Source: Candidatus Rokuibacteriota bacterium (GTDB lineage: Bacteria; JAUVQV01; DATDCY01). Taken from it: DNA of 54,644 bases. The stretch covers positions 1 through 54,644 of the forward strand of contig JANOHV010000076.1 in NCBI GenBank assembly GCA_031406795.1, read 5' to 3'. Numbering within the stretch: the stretch's first letter is position 1; the number at the start of each line of letters is the position of its first letter. Shown here piece by piece: positions 28,127 through 39,233 of the stretch. The notes under the pieces were generated by a model. The model searched no databases. It was not told the origin of the DNA and saw only the letters and a program-made list of their open reading frames with translations. The translations under genes were made by a program, and so were the position numbers.

Positions 28127-29980
28127 TCAGCCGGTCCCGAGCAATTGCCGCCGTCCTTCGCCAACTGCGGCATTCCCGCCCCCCTCCCCGGGCTGCACCG
28201 TGAACATCCCGACGATCTGCCGGAACTCCTCGGCCTGGTCGCGCAGTTTGCCGACGGCGTCTGCCAGGTCCGTGTCGCTGGTGCGGTGCAGCACCTCCGA
28301 GGCCTGCGCCAGCGTCGCGCTCTGGGCCGCCCCCTGATGCAGCTGGCCGCGCATGCGCTCCATGGTTCTGACGATCTGTTCGGCCGCCTTCGCCTGTTCC
28401 TCGGCGGCGGAACTGATCTCGTGGGTGATCTCCCGCAGGTTCTCCGCGGCCTTGGCGATCTGACTGCTGCCGCGCGACTGCTCCTGGGTCGCCGCGCCGA
28501 TCTCGCGGGCGTGCTTGTCGACCTCGACGACGTGTCCCTCGATCGTGCGCAGCGACTCGCCGACGCGGCGACTCAGCTCGACCCCGTTCTGCACGAACTG
28601 CGTCGAGCGCTCCATCAGCTTCACGGCGGACTGGGATTCCTTCTGGATGCCGGAGATCAGCTCGGCGATCTCCCGCGTCGAGCGCGCCGAGCGCTCCGCG
28701 AGCTTGCGCACCTCGTCCGCGACCACGGCGAACCCCAGTCCGTGCTCGCCGGCGCGCGCCGCCTCGATGGCGGCGTTGAGCGCCAGCAGGTTGGTCTGGT
28801 CGGCGATCTCGTCGATGACGTCAACGATGCGCCCGATGTCCTCGACCCGGCCGCCGAGCGCGGCGATGGTTTCGGCGGAGCGCGAGATGGCCGTGCTGAT
28901 CTCCTCGGTGCCGCGCGCCGACTTCTCCACCGCCTCCAGACCGTTGCTGACCGCCCCCCTGGCCTCCTGCGATATTTCGACGAACTGGCTCACGGTGGCG
29001 GCGATGCGTCCGATTGAAGCCGCCATCTGCTCCACCGAGGCCGAGGTCTGCGTGACCGACGCGGCCTGGCTCTGCGTGTTCCGGGCGACATTCTGGATGT
29101 TCGCCGACATCTCGTGCATCGTGGCGGTCGTCTCTTCGACCGCGGTTGCCGAGGATTCGTTGAGGGTCGCGGCCTGGTGCGAGGTGACCGCCGACTCGCT
29201 GGCCGCGGCGGCGACGCGCTGAGCGGTGTCCGCAATGCGGTCCGTGGCGTCGGTGATCCGGCCGGAGGAGACCTTGACCCTGCCGATCAGAACCGCCAGC
29301 GAGTCGATCATCCGATTGACGTCCCGCGACAGATCGCCGATCTCGTCACGGCTTCCGGCCTCGGCCCGGGTGGTGAGGTCGCCGGCCGCGACGGCACCCA
29401 GGATGCGCGCCAGCCGCGCCAGCGGCCGGTTCACGACCCAGCGGGCGAGCGCGAACATGCCGGCGACGAACAGCGCAACGGTGACCAGAACGCCCACCGC
29501 CACGGTGAGGTACCCGCGGCGCAAACTGGCCTGCAGCGCGCCCTGGTCGTAGTAAAGCTTGAGGTGACCGAGCGGCTGTCCCTCGTCGTTCTTGATCTCC
29601 CGGTCGAAGGAGAGCAGGGCCGCGGTCAGCGGCGGCTCCGTGAAGCTCTCCGGGTCCTGCGTGAGCGGCTTGCGCTTGTCGTCGTAGTAGGCCGCGAACT
29701 TGATCTCCGGGTCCTTCATCGCCTGCTGCGAGAAGGTGTCGAGCGCGGCGATGTTGTAGAGGCTGATGTAGGTCTGGCCGATCTTCTGCATGAAATTCGT
29801 CATCGCCTCTCCGCGGGCCAGCAGCATGTCGCGGGCGAGGCTGTTGTTGCTGCGGACGACGTAGATTCCCTGGGCGCCGAGCAGGATCACGGTCAGGATC
29901 ACCGTGAAGACCATGAACTTGGCGGTGATGGTGCGCAGACCGGATGCGTGCGACTGCATGACGCTGCCTCCCGTTTCCAT
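28127..29980 (-). CDS. Methyl-accepting chemotaxis protein (small periplasmic domain, HAMP)
   Basis: 2 TM helices, [47 protein letters not shown]. Confidence 0.95.
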   Translation of the reverse strand: METGGSVMQSHASGLRTITAKFMVFTVILTVILLGAQGIYVVRSNNSLARDMLLARGEAMTNFMQKIGQTYISLYNIAALDTFSQQAMKDPEIKFAAYYDDKRKPLTQDPESFTEPPLTAALLSFDREIKNDEGQPLGHLKLYYDQGALQASLRRGYLTVAVGVLVTVALFVAGMFALARWVVNRPLARLARILGAVAAGDLTTRAEAGSRDEIGDLSRDVNRMIDSLAVLIGRVKVSSGRITDATDRIADTAQRVAAAASESAVTSHQAATLNESSATAVEETTATMHEMSANIQNVARNTQSQAASVTQTSASVEQMAASIGRIAATVSQFVEISQEARGAVSNGLEAVEKSARGTEEISTAISRSAETIAALGGRVEDIGRIVDVIDEIADQTNLLALNAAIEAARAGEHGLGFAVVADEVRKLAERSARSTREIAELISGIQKESQSAVKLMERSTQFVQNGVELSRRVGESLRTIEGHVVEVDKHAREIGAATQEQSRGSSQIAKAAENLREITHEISSAAEEQAKAAEQIVRTMERMRGQLHQGAAQSATLAQASEVLHRTSDTDLADAVGKLRDQAEEFRQIVGMFTVQPGEGGGNAAVGEGRRQLLGTG

Positions 29981-29990
29981 GTCCCGTCCC

Positions 29991-31280
29991 CTATTCGCCG
30001 GGCAGCTTCTCGAGCGCCGGCGGCTTGCCCGCCGCCACGCGCAGCGCCTTCCACTCCTCGCTGGTCACGGCCGCCTCTGCGCCGGGAAGCGCGTCGATGA
30101 TCTCGAAGTAGTCCTGCTTGAATTTGTCGCGCTCGACTTCGCTCGCGCTCTTGCAGCGGACGGCGTAGACGGTCTGCACCGACTGGTGGTCGAAGGCCCG
30201 CCAGGTCTGCGCGTCCTTGAGCCGCGTGTAGGTGTGCCCCTCGAGCGCGCGGACGACGGCGGCGCCCTCGAAGGACCTGGCGCGCTCGACCGCCGCCTTG
30301 TACTCGTGCACGATCACGTAGGCCGAAGCCCCGGAGGTGCACGGGTAGCGCTTGTAGCGCTCGCCAAAGCGTTCGACAAAACTTTTGCCTGCGGGGAAAT
30401 TGTACTTGTAGGGAATGTTCCAGGCCCACGGCAGCGCCCCGAGTACGCCCTCCATCGACCGCGGGCCGGCGTCGGCCGCCATGCCGAGCGTCAGGTTCGG
30501 CACAACGAGCTGCATGCTCTTCTTCAGGCCCATGCCATTGGCCATGTTGATGGTGTTGACCATGTCGGTGCCGAAGAGCACGAGCACGAGAACGTCGGGC
30601 TTCGCGGCGACGGCCTGGTCCAGCGCGGCCTTGAAATCCTTCGCCGCCGCGGTCGGGAACGGGGTCTTCACGCCACGGTGGACGGAGGCGTCCGCGGTGC
30701 CGGTGAGCCGGCGCAGCGCGTCCTCGGTCGTCCAGCCCCAGGTGTAGTCTGCGGTGATGTAGAAGTACTTCTTCCCGGCGAAATCGCGCTTGAGGACCTT
30801 CGCGAGGACCTTGGCGCCCATCCACGAGTCGTAGCACTCCCGGAAGGTGAAGCGGTGCCCGTCCTTGCCCGTGGTGTCGGTCGAGTAGGTCAGCGTGCCG
30901 AAAAAGGGCACGCCCTTCTGCTGGGCGATCTCTCCGGCGGCGATGGCGACGCTGCTCGCCGACCCGCCGAAGAGCATCGAGACGTTCTCCTTCTCGATGA
31001 GTTCGAGCACATTGCGCTTCGTCACGTCAACCTTGGACTGGGAGTCGCGCCAGACCAGCTCCGCCTGCCGGCCGAGAATGCCACCGGCGGCGTTGATCTC
31101 CTCGATCGCCATCTCGGCCGCGCGGTACTGGTCGAGCCCCTGAGTGAAATAGGGCCCGGTGCGCGGGTAGTTCAGACCCAGCTTGACGACCCCCTGCGCG
31201 GCAAGCGGCGCGGGGAGCGCCGCCGCCAGCGCGACGAGCGCGACGATCTTCAAAAAGCGCGTTCCTGTTCTCATGAACAC
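29991..31280 (-). CDS. LivK-type (branched-chain amino acid family) periplasmic binding protein, no permease nearby
   Basis: Signal peptide; VKLGLNYPRTGPY, AIEEINAAGGILGR, GGSASSV, DYTWG. Confidence 0.88.
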   Translation of the reverse strand: MFMRTGTRFLKIVALVALAAALPAPLAAQGVVKLGLNYPRTGPYFTQGLDQYRAAEMAIEEINAAGGILGRQAELVWRDSQSKVDVTKRNVLELIEKENVSMLFGGSASSVAIAAGEIAQQKGVPFFGTLTYSTDTTGKDGHRFTFRECYDSWMGAKVLAKVLKRDFAGKKYFYITADYTWGWTTEDALRRLTGTADASVHRGVKTPFPTAAAKDFKAALDQAVAAKPDVLVLVLFGTDMVNTINMANGMGLKKSMQLVVPNLTLGMAADAGPRSMEGVLGALPWAWNIPYKYNFPAGKSFVERFGERYKRYPCTSGASAYVIVHEYKAAVERARSFEGAAVVRALEGHTYTRLKDAQTWRAFDHQSVQTVYAVRCKSASEVERDKFKQDYFEIIDALPGAEAAVTSEEWKALRVAAGKPPALEKLPGE

Positions 31281-31296
31281 ATCCTCCTCCTTCGAC

Positions 31297-31770
31297 CTAA
31301 CTGTTCGCCGGAACCCGGGCCGCCGAAACGGCCTTCTTCATGTCCTCAAGACCAAGGACCTTGGTGAAATTCAGCAGGGAGATCAGCCGGTCGCCCACCT
31401 TGGCCACCGCGCTGAGATATTCCACCCCGATCGAGCTGATCATCTCCGGCGGCGGCTCGAGCGCGTCTTCGGGAACCCGGATCACCTCCGAGACGGCGTC
31501 GACGAGCAACCCCACGAGCCGCCCCCCGTCTTCCGTGATCAGGACCCGCGTGTGCTTGTCACGCTGCACCTCGGCGAGTTTGAGACGGCGGCGCAGATCG
31601 ATGACCGGCAGGATTTTGCCCCGCAGGTTGATCATCCCCTCGAGAAACGGCGGTGCGTCCGGGACCGCCGTGATCTCGGGAACGCGCACGATCTCATGCA
31701 CCGCCTCGATCGACACGCCGAACAGTTCCTTGCCGATGACGAACACCACGATCTGCATCCCTTTGGCCAT
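31297..31770 (-). CDS. cheW: Chemotaxis coupling protein CheW
   Basis: VVFVIGKELFGV, VPDAPPFLEGMINLRGKILPVIDL, GLLVDAVSEV; AAGGAG RBS. Confidence 0.95.
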   Translation of the reverse strand: MAKGMQIVVFVIGKELFGVSIEAVHEIVRVPEITAVPDAPPFLEGMINLRGKILPVIDLRRRLKLAEVQRDKHTRVLITEDGGRLVGLLVDAVSEVIRVPEDALEPPPEMISSIGVEYLSAVAKVGDRLISLLNFTKVLGLEDMKKAVSAARVPANS

Positions 31771-31859
31771 GAACCACTCCTTTGCCCGCAGGTGAACCCG
31801 GTTCCCCGCGCGTTTCCCCGCTGTCTTCACCGCAGCCGGGGGTTTCCCGTCCCGCCCGA

Positions 31860-32321
31860 CTAGGCCGTCGTCAGCGTGACATTCACCGCCATGCTGCCGA
31901 ACTCCGAAAAGATCGGGATCTGGCAGGCCTCGTGCTGCAGCAGAGCCGCAGCGGCTGCGGCGGCTGCCGGCGCGAGCGGCGGCGCCACCGTCACCACGAA
32001 ACCCTGATCGTTCAGATCGCTCGCGGCGGCGCCCGCGATCATGTTCCCCAACTCCCTGAGGTAGTCCAGGCCCAGCGGCGGGAGGCTCCCGGCCGCCCCC
32101 CCCGTGACGTGGTTGAACAGCCTGAGCGCGGTATCCGGGCCGAGATCGAGCGTGACGGCGCCCTCCAACTCCCCGCCGAGCGGGATGGTGACGCTGATCT
32201 CGCCCTGCGCCTGCCGTCCGGCAACGAGGCACACCTCGCCCCGCCCGAAGCCTTTCCCGAGCGCCTGCTCCAGCACGCGCACCGTAGCGTCCACGAACTT
32301 CTCGACGTATTCCAGCTTCAT
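31860..32321 (-). CDS. cheX: CheX/CheC-family phosphatase
   Basis: ELGNMIAG (ExxN) motif, VAPP; position within a che operon. Confidence 0.85.
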   Translation of the reverse strand: MKLEYVEKFVDATVRVLEQALGKGFGRGEVCLVAGRQAQGEISVTIPLGGELEGAVTLDLGPDTALRLFNHVTGGAAGSLPPLGLDYLRELGNMIAGAAASDLNDQGFVVTVAPPLAPAAAAAAAALLQHEACQIPIFSEFGSMAVNVTLTTA

Positions 32322-32731
32322 GAGCCGGCTCGGGACGCGCCGGCGAGGACGCTGTTGATCACCAGACCGGCGTATTCGGGCGTGAACGGTTTCGTGATGA
32401 AGTGCCGCGCGCCGAGGCGTATCGCCCGCCAGACCATCTCCTTGTGGCCAAGCGAGCTGACCATGATCACCTTCGCGGAGCCGTCCTGGTCGCGGATCCG
32501 GCGCAGCGCCTCGACACCGTCGAGTTCCGGCATCGTGATGTCCAGCAGTACGAGATCCGGCCGCAGGCGGGCGAACTGCGCGACCGCCGCCTCCCCGCTT
32601 CCGGCCTCCCCAACTACCGTACCCCCGAGTTTTTCGATCACCCGGGCGATGTTCCCCCGGGCGAACTCGGAATCGTCCGCGATCAGGCAGCGGAAGGCCT
32701 CGCCGGATTTCCGGGCATCACCCATCGACAC
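32318..32731 (-). CDS. cheY: CheY-like response regulator
   Basis: LIADDS, DLVLLDITMP, VSSLG, FITKPF; AAGGAGG RBS before GTG 32731. Confidence 0.9.
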   Translation of the reverse strand: MSMGDARKSGEAFRCLIADDSEFARGNIARVIEKLGGTVVGEAGSGEAAVAQFARLRPDLVLLDITMPELDGVEALRRIRDQDGSAKVIMVSSLGHKEMVWRAIRLGARHFITKPFTPEYAGLVINSVLAGASRAGS

Positions 32732-33800
32732 GTGGTACCTCCTTCGCTCCGTAGTGTTCGCACAGGAACGGCCCGATCTCTTCAAGAGCCAGGACTCGCT
32801 TGATCATGTTCATTTCGATCGCCGCCTTCGGCATGCCGAAAACGGCGCAGCTGGCCTCGTCCTGTGCCAGCGTCAAGCCACCGACGGCGCTGATCTCCCC
32901 GATGCCTTGCGCGCCGTCGGTGCCCATGCCGGTCATGATCAGCCCGACCACCGCCGCGCCGTATTCCATCGCCACCGAGTGGAACAGCACGTCGGCGGAG
33001 GGCCGGTGTCCGTTGACGATCGGGGAGTCGCTGAGGACGGCGATGGTTCCCAACGGCAGGCGTTTGATTCTGAGATGCCGGTTGCCCGGGGCGATCAGCG
33101 CCCGCCCCGGCAGCACCAGGTCCCCGTCGCGCGCCTCCTTGACCTCGATCTGCGAGATGGCGTGCAGCCGTTCGGCGAACATCTGCGTGAACCCCGCCGG
33201 CATGTGCTGGACGATCAGGATCGCGGCCTGGAAATCTTTCGGGAACTGCGGCAGCAGGTAGCTGAGCGCATTCGGCCCGCCGGTGGAGATCCCGATGGCG
33301 AGGATCTTCTCGGCTCGGGTCCGCGGCAGCGCCTCCGCCGTCTTCTTCAGCAGCGGCGCGGCGGGCGGCCGGAATCGGGAGACGCGCTCCCGCGAAGCGC
33401 CGCTGCCGGCCGCCGCGCGGACTTTCGCCACGAGCTCCTCGCCGATCTCGTTGATGTGAACGGAAATCGCGTCGCGCGGTTTGGCGACGAAATCGAAGGC
33501 GCCCGCGCTCAGCGCGCGAAAGGTCAGATCGGCGTCCTTCCGCGTCAGGGAACTCACCATGATCGTGGGAATGCCGAAATCCCCGACGATGTGACGCAGG
33601 GTCTCGATCCCGTCCATCCGCGGCATATCCAGGTCGAGCGTGATGACGTCCGGCTTCAATTCGGCGATCTTCTTCAGCGCGAAGATGCCGTCCATCGCCG
33701 TGCCGACGACCTCGATCCCGGGGTCTGCGTTCAGGATCTGCGGGATCATCTTGCGCATCAGCGCAGAGTCGTCCACGACGAAGACACGCACGCGGCTCAT
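32718..33800 (-). CDS. cheB: Protein-glutamate methylesterase CheB (REC + esterase)
   Basis: REC domain plus GISTGGP, VQHMP, HRPSAD, MTGMGTDG, FGMP. Confidence 0.97.
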   Translation of the reverse strand: MSRVRVFVVDDSALMRKMIPQILNADPGIEVVGTAMDGIFALKKIAELKPDVITLDLDMPRMDGIETLRHIVGDFGIPTIMVSSLTRKDADLTFRALSAGAFDFVAKPRDAISVHINEIGEELVAKVRAAAGSGASRERVSRFRPPAAPLLKKTAEALPRTRAEKILAIGISTGGPNALSYLLPQFPKDFQAAILIVQHMPAGFTQMFAERLHAISQIEVKEARDGDLVLPGRALIAPGNRHLRIKRLPLGTIAVLSDSPIVNGHRPSADVLFHSVAMEYGAAVVGLIMTGMGTDGAQGIGEISAVGGLTLAQDEASCAVFGMPKAAIEMNMIKRVLALEEIGPFLCEHYGAKEVPRVDG

Positions 33801-35821
33801 GAGGTGACCAGTCGGCCTTTCTCGACTTCGACCGCCTTGGCAACCAGCGCGTGGGCGTCGAGTATGAGCACCACTTTCCCGTCGCCGAGAATCGAGGCCC
33901 CGGCCACGATGTCCGAATCCAGATAGCGGTCGTCGAGGGCCTTGACGACCAGCTCCTGCTGCCAGAGCAGACGGTCGATCAGCAGGCCGACGCGGCGGCG
34001 ACCGAGGCTGAGGACCAGCACGAATTTCTTCCCGGCGCGGTCGCCCGGGATCTGGAAGAGGGCCCGGACGTCGACCACGGAAATCACCCCGCCCCGCCAC
34101 TCGAGCACCGGCCGGCCGTCGATGGTTTTCAGTTCCTCCGCCGCGACGCGCGCGACTTCGGCGATTGCGGCGACGGGAATCGCATACAGCCGCGGACCGG
34201 CCTCGAACAGGAGCGACTTGATCACGGCCAGCGTGATCGGCAGCCGCAGCCGGAATGACGCGCCCCGTCCCGGGACGGACTGGATCTCGATGGTGCCCTT
34301 CATCGCCTCCACGGCCGTCTTCACCGCGTCCATGCCGACGCCGCGCCCGGAGGTCTCGGTCACGGTTTCCGCGGTGCTCAGCCCGGGCAGGAACAGCAGG
34401 CGCCCGGCGTCGGCCGCGGAAATCTTCTCGGCTTCCGCCGGCGCGAGCAGCCCCAGCGCCACCGCTTTCCTCGTGAGTTTACCGGTGTCGATGCCCCGCC
34501 CGTCGTCGGCGGCCTCGATCACGATCTGCGCCGCCTCGTGGTAGGCCCTGAGGGTGACCGTCCCCTCCTCGGCCTTGCCGGCCCTGCGGCGCTCCTCCGG
34601 CGGTTCGATGCCGTGATCGACGAGGTTCCTGATCAGGTGCGTCAGCGGCTCGCCGAGGGCGTCCACGATGCCCTTGTCGAGTTCGGTCTCCTCACCATGC
34701 ATTTCCAGGCGGATCGACTTGCCGCGCGTGTTCGCCAGGTCGCGGATCATGCGGGGAAACTTCCGGAAGAGGCTCCGGACCGGAACCATGCGCATCTTCC
34801 TGACACCCTTGTGCAGGTCCGAGACCGTCCGCTCGAGATAGGAATTCACCGCGAGCAATCGGTCGGCCAATTTCTCGCTGGCCACGCCGCTCTCGGCCTC
34901 CCGCGCGACCTGGTCGAGCATGGACCGGCCGATGATCAGCTCGCCCACCAGATCCAGGATGCGGTCCACCTTGGCGGATTCCACCCGCAGGATCTCGCTC
35001 CTGACCGTCTCGCCCCGTGCGCTCTGAGCGGGGGACGCCGCCGGCTGCGTCGCAGCGGGCGCTTCGACGACGCCGGCGGCGGGCCAGGCGCGGACTGCCG
35101 CCGCCACGGTGATTCCCGCGACGACTGCTTCGTGCCGCAGCTCCTCGCCCTCCAGCCAGGTCGCGAGCAGCAACGTCATGTTCTCGGTCCCCTCCCCCGG
35201 CTGGCTCCCGATCTCGGGGACGCTGCGGACCAGCTGGGAGACCGGGGCCAGCCGGTCGAGGAGCATCAGCGCCGCCACCCCCTTCTCCCCGCACTCCGGG
35301 TGGAACCGCACCGTGACCTCGAACACGTGCTGGCCCTGCTGCCTGGCCTCCCTGATCTGCAGCTCCTGGTATTCGGTCAGTTCCGGCCCGGCACCCGGCG
35401 GCGCCACGCCGGCGGCGCCGCTCTCGAAGCGGTTAATGAACAGGATCAGCCCGTCGGCCGGTGCGACATCCCCCCCGGCCTCGCACGCGGCCAGCAGGCG
35501 CTTGATCTCATCGATCCCGGAAAACAGCAGGCCCGTGCCTTCCCGCTGCCGCTCAGCATCCTGCCCGCGGAACGACGCGAGGACATCCTCCAGCCGGTGG
35601 CACAGATGCCCCAGCGCGGTGTAGCCCATCGAATTGGCGTCGCCCTTGAGCGTGTGGAGAAAGCGCTTGAGCACTTTGAGTTCGTCGTCCCCGCCCGGCT
35701 CGGCCTCGACGCGCATCAGCACGTCCTGGAGCTCCTCCGCGATCTCGTGGGCCTGGGCGAAGAAGATCCGCTTCAGGTCCTGGCTCTCCGACTCGCTCAG
35801 ATCGCAGATGTTGTCGTCCAT
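33797..35821 (-). CDS. cheA: Chemotaxis histidine kinase CheA
   Basis: Hpt LHTLKG, LVGELII, HLIRNLVDHGIE, DDGRG, SGRGVGMD, C-terminal CheW domain. Start MDDNI at 35821. Confidence 0.97.
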   Translation of the reverse strand: MDDNICDLSESESQDLKRIFFAQAHEIAEELQDVLMRVEAEPGGDDELKVLKRFLHTLKGDANSMGYTALGHLCHRLEDVLASFRGQDAERQREGTGLLFSGIDEIKRLLAACEAGGDVAPADGLILFINRFESGAAGVAPPGAGPELTEYQELQIREARQQGQHVFEVTVRFHPECGEKGVAALMLLDRLAPVSQLVRSVPEIGSQPGEGTENMTLLLATWLEGEELRHEAVVAGITVAAAVRAWPAAGVVEAPAATQPAASPAQSARGETVRSEILRVESAKVDRILDLVGELIIGRSMLDQVAREAESGVASEKLADRLLAVNSYLERTVSDLHKGVRKMRMVPVRSLFRKFPRMIRDLANTRGKSIRLEMHGEETELDKGIVDALGEPLTHLIRNLVDHGIEPPEERRRAGKAEEGTVTLRAYHEAAQIVIEAADDGRGIDTGKLTRKAVALGLLAPAEAEKISAADAGRLLFLPGLSTAETVTETSGRGVGMDAVKTAVEAMKGTIEIQSVPGRGASFRLRLPITLAVIKSLLFEAGPRLYAIPVAAIAEVARVAAEELKTIDGRPVLEWRGGVISVVDVRALFQIPGDRAGKKFVLVLSLGRRRVGLLIDRLLWQQELVVKALDDRYLDSDIVAGASILGDGKVVLILDAHALVAKAVEVEKGRLVTS

Positions 35822-35822
35822 G

Positions 35823-36191
35823 TCACGCTCCGGCGGTGCGACCGAGGTGGCGCACGATCTCTTCCTTGAGTTGCCCGATGCTGAACGGCTTGACGAAACA
35901 GCGGACGGCCCCCGCCCGCAGGGATTCGGCCATCTCGCCGCTCCCGGCGTTGCCGGAGTAGGTGACCGCGGGCAGCTCCGGCCGCAGCTTCTTGATGATC
36001 CGCAGCGCATTGATGCCGTCGAGCCTCGGCATCTTGATGTCGAGCAGCACGAAATCGAAGCGCTGCTCGATGCAGCGCAGCACCCCCTCGACCCCGTCGA
36101 CGGCGTGCTCCACGGTGTACCCGGCATCCTCCAGTTCCTGGCGCAACACGATGCTGAAGTTCTTGTCGTCCTCCACGATCAGGATCCTCAT
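35823..36191 (-). CDS. Single-domain response regulator
   Basis: ILIVEDD, VLLDIKMP, FVKPF. Confidence 0.9.
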   Translation of the reverse strand: MRILIVEDDKNFSIVLRQELEDAGYTVEHAVDGVEGVLRCIEQRFDFVLLDIKMPRLDGINALRIIKKLRPELPAVTYSGNAGSGEMAESLRAGAVRCFVKPFSIGQLKEEIVRHLGRTAGA

Positions 36192-37021
36192 CGCTCTTCC
36201 CCTCCCGGCTTTTTGTACGCCGTTCCTTTGTCCGCGAAGACGAATTCGAACCGTGCGTCGACCCCCTGCAGGCTCTCGGAATGTCCGAGGAAGAGGTAGC
36301 CGCCGGGGTTGAGGTTGCGGTGGAACTTGTCGATCACGCGCTTGCGCTCTTCTTCGTCGAAGTAGATCATCACATTGCGGCAGAAGATGATGTCCAGGTC
36401 GCCCAGCCCGTTCTCGTGCTTGAGATTGTGGAAATCGAAGGTCACCTGGCGTCGCACGTACTCCTTGACCTGGTATTCCCCGCCGCTGGCGTCGAAGTAC
36501 TTCCGCAGCAACTCCGGCGGCACGGTGTCCCGGAGCTTGTCGGCTTCATACCGACCCTGCTGGGCCTGCTTCAGGACCGACAAGCTCAGGTCGGAGGCGA
36601 AGAGCCTGACATCCCACCGGGGGGAGTTGCCGAGCAGCTCGAGCACGATGATGGCGATCGTGTACGGTTCGGCCCCGGTCGAACACCCCGCCGACCAGAT
36701 TCTGAGCCGCCGCAGTACGCTCTCCTGCTTTTGCGCCACCAGTTCCGGCAACACGCGGCGCCGAAGCAGTTCGAACTGGGGCATGTTGCGGAAGAAGGAG
36801 GTCTCGTTGATCGTCATCGACTCCAGCAGCACGGGCAGCTCGGCCTGGCGGTGTTCGGCGACGAAGCGGTAATACCAGTAGGGGGTCGCCGTCGCGGTCG
36901 CCTTCATCCGCTTGATGATCCGGTATTCCAGGAATTCTTTCCTGGCGTCCGCGAAATACATGCCGGACTCCTGGTAGATGAGGTTCCGGAACAGACTGAA
37001 TTCTTCCGCGGTCAGCATCAC
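36188..37021 (-). CDS. cheR: Chemotaxis methyltransferase CheR
   Basis: [37 protein letters not shown]. Confidence 0.97.
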   Translation of the reverse strand: MMLTAEEFSLFRNLIYQESGMYFADARKEFLEYRIIKRMKATATATPYWYYRFVAEHRQAELPVLLESMTINETSFFRNMPQFELLRRRVLPELVAQKQESVLRRLRIWSAGCSTGAEPYTIAIIVLELLGNSPRWDVRLFASDLSLSVLKQAQQGRYEADKLRDTVPPELLRKYFDASGGEYQVKEYVRRQVTFDFHNLKHENGLGDLDIIFCRNVMIYFDEEERKRVIDKFHRNLNPGGYLFLGHSESLQGVDARFEFVFADKGTAYKKPGGEER

Positions 37022-39021
37022 GCTACTGCTTGCAGCTCCCGACCGCTGCTCTTCGTCGTCTCAGCGGCACCCACCGCAGACCGGAGCGCCTTATTCCTGG
37101 CAGCCGCCAGACTGCCTTGATCCCCGCCACCGTTGTCCCCGAGCTGGAACTGGCTGACGATCGCCAGGAAGCGGTCGGCCTGGCTGCGCATCTGTTCGGC
37201 AGAGGAGGCCAGCTCAGCGGTGCCGGAGGCGTTCTGATGCACCATGTTCCGCATCTTCTCCATCGTCTTCACGATCAGTTCGGCCGCAGCAGCCTGCTCG
37301 TCGGCAGCCGCGGATATCTCGTGGGTCACCTCGCGCAGGTTCTCGGTGGCCTTGGCGATCTGCGTGCTGCCGCTGGACTGCTCCTGGGTGGCAGCGCTGA
37401 TCTCACGCGAGTATTTGTCCACCTCCATGACCTGACCCTCGATCGTGGCGAGAGCAGTGCCGACCTGCTTGCCCTTCTCGACACCTCTCTGGACAAGCTG
37501 CGTCGACTTCTCCATCAGCTTGACCGCCGCAAGCGCCTCTTTCTGAATCCCGCCGATCAGTTCAGCGATCTCCTTGGTGGACTTGCCGGAGCGCTCCGCC
37601 AGCTTGCGGACCTCATCGGCGACAACCGCGAAACCCAACCCGTGCTCTCCCGCTCGAGCGGCCTCGATCGCGGCATTCAGCGCAAGCAGGTTAGTCTGCT
37701 CGGCGATCTCGTCGATGACATCGACGATCCGGCCGATGTCCTCCACGCGGCCCCCGAGCGCCGCGATCGTGACCGCTGAACGTTCGATAGCGCTATTGAT
37801 CTCGTCCATGCCCTTCTCCGAATTGTCGACGGCCTCCAGCCCCCCGGCGACAGCCGTGCGCGAGTCTTGCGAAAGTGCGGCGAACTTCTGCACGGTGTTG
37901 GCGATGCGAAGTATCGAGGCGGCCATCTGCTCCACCGACGCGGAGGTCTGGGTCACGGAGCTGGCCTGGCTCTGGCTGTTCTTGGCAACATTCTGGATGT
38001 TGGCGGACATCTCATGCATCGTGGAGGTCGTCTCCTCAACGGCAGCCGCCGTGGTCTCGTTGTTGCGCGCCGTCTGCTCCGAAGTCGCGGCGATCTGCGC
38101 CGAGGCCGAGGCCATCTGCTCGGCGCCGCCGTGGATGCTGGTGACGATGCCCCTCAGGTTCGCCAGCATCATCTTGAAAGCGTTGCCGAGCACATCCTTC
38201 TCGGACTTCGGTCGCACCGTGGCTCGCAGATCGCCCTGCGCGATCTGCTCGGCGACGACCGCCGTCTCGCGCAGGTACGCCGACATCTTCCGGAAGGAAT
38301 CCGCCAGACTGCCGATCTCATCCCCCCTGCTGATATCGACTTCGACCGAGAGATCCCCGCCCGCTACCCGTTCGGCGACCCGGGCGATTTTGTTCACCGG
38401 CACCGAGATGGAGCGCGCCAGGAGGACGCCGAGCAGGATGCCGGCGATCACGGCGCCGACCGCAACCGTAATGATCACGATCCCGGCCCGGGACTGGGAG
38501 CGGCGCATCTGCTCGCGGGTCTGGACCATCATTGTCTCGTTGTGCTTCTCCAGTTCGGCTATCATCTGGCCGACGGCCTCGGTCGTGCGGTCGAAGGAGT
38601 CCATGGCGGCCTGCGCCTCGCTCTTGTTGCCGTGCAGATAGAGCGCCGCCATCCTCTCCCCTTGGGACTGGAAGCCGTCGTGGATCTTCCCGATCTCCCT
38701 GACGATCCCGGCCATCTTCGGGTCGTCGGTCACCTTGGCGATGGTCGCCTCCTGGCGGTTGGCCAGCGTCTCGAGTTCCTGCGCGCTCTTCCGGCTCGAG
38801 TCCTCGCCGGTCAGCGCGTAGTCGGTCAAGGCATCCTGCTGCCGGACCAGCAGCAGACCGAAGGCATCGCTTTCGTGCCGCGCCTGTGCCGCAGTCTGGA
38901 GTTCCGCTGCCTTCTCCCCCACCTGCTGCAGGCTGCGGTACCCGACAACGCTGACGACGACCAGCAGTCCAACGAGGAATAGAAAACCGCTGATCAATTT
39001 CGCCCCGATGCTCATTCTCAT
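37018..39021 (-). CDS. Methyl-accepting chemotaxis protein (helical periplasmic domain, two HAMP)
   Basis: 2 TM helices, [30 protein letters not shown]. Confidence 0.95.
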   Translation of the reverse strand: MRMSIGAKLISGFLFLVGLLVVVSVVGYRSLQQVGEKAAELQTAAQARHESDAFGLLLVRQQDALTDYALTGEDSSRKSAQELETLANRQEATIAKVTDDPKMAGIVREIGKIHDGFQSQGERMAALYLHGNKSEAQAAMDSFDRTTEAVGQMIAELEKHNETMMVQTREQMRRSQSRAGIVIITVAVGAVIAGILLGVLLARSISVPVNKIARVAERVAGGDLSVEVDISRGDEIGSLADSFRKMSAYLRETAVVAEQIAQGDLRATVRPKSEKDVLGNAFKMMLANLRGIVTSIHGGAEQMASASAQIAATSEQTARNNETTAAAVEETTSTMHEMSANIQNVAKNSQSQASSVTQTSASVEQMAASILRIANTVQKFAALSQDSRTAVAGGLEAVDNSEKGMDEINSAIERSAVTIAALGGRVEDIGRIVDVIDEIAEQTNLLALNAAIEAARAGEHGLGFAVVADEVRKLAERSGKSTKEIAELIGGIQKEALAAVKLMEKSTQLVQRGVEKGKQVGTALATIEGQVMEVDKYSREISAATQEQSSGSTQIAKATENLREVTHEISAAADEQAAAAELIVKTMEKMRNMVHQNASGTAELASSAEQMRSQADRFLAIVSQFQLGDNGGGDQGSLAAARNKALRSAVGAAETTKSSGRELQAVA

Positions 39022-39119
39022 CCAACTCTCCTTCTTTTCTGCCCTGGCAATGGTTCTCTTCCATTCCCCTCTTCATCGTCCTCACCACTGCTTTGCTGCT
39101 CGCTGCCCCACGAGGTGGA

Positions 39120-39224
39120 TACACGATTCGTGCCAACTCCCAACATGCCGCCAACGTTGATGTTTATGCGGTTCAGCAGCCGCGGACGCCGGGCACATTG
39201 CCCGAAGGCCGGGCAGACTGCCCG
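39120..39224 (-). promoter_or_regulatory. Putative sigma54 promoter with tandem palindromic enhancer sites for the che operon
   Basis: TGGCACG-AATC-GTGTA (39135-39120; -12 element deviates). Two perfect CGGGCA-N3-TGCCCG palindromes at 39190-39204 and 39210-39224. Confidence 0.6.
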
Positions 39225-39233
39225 ACGTGAGAT

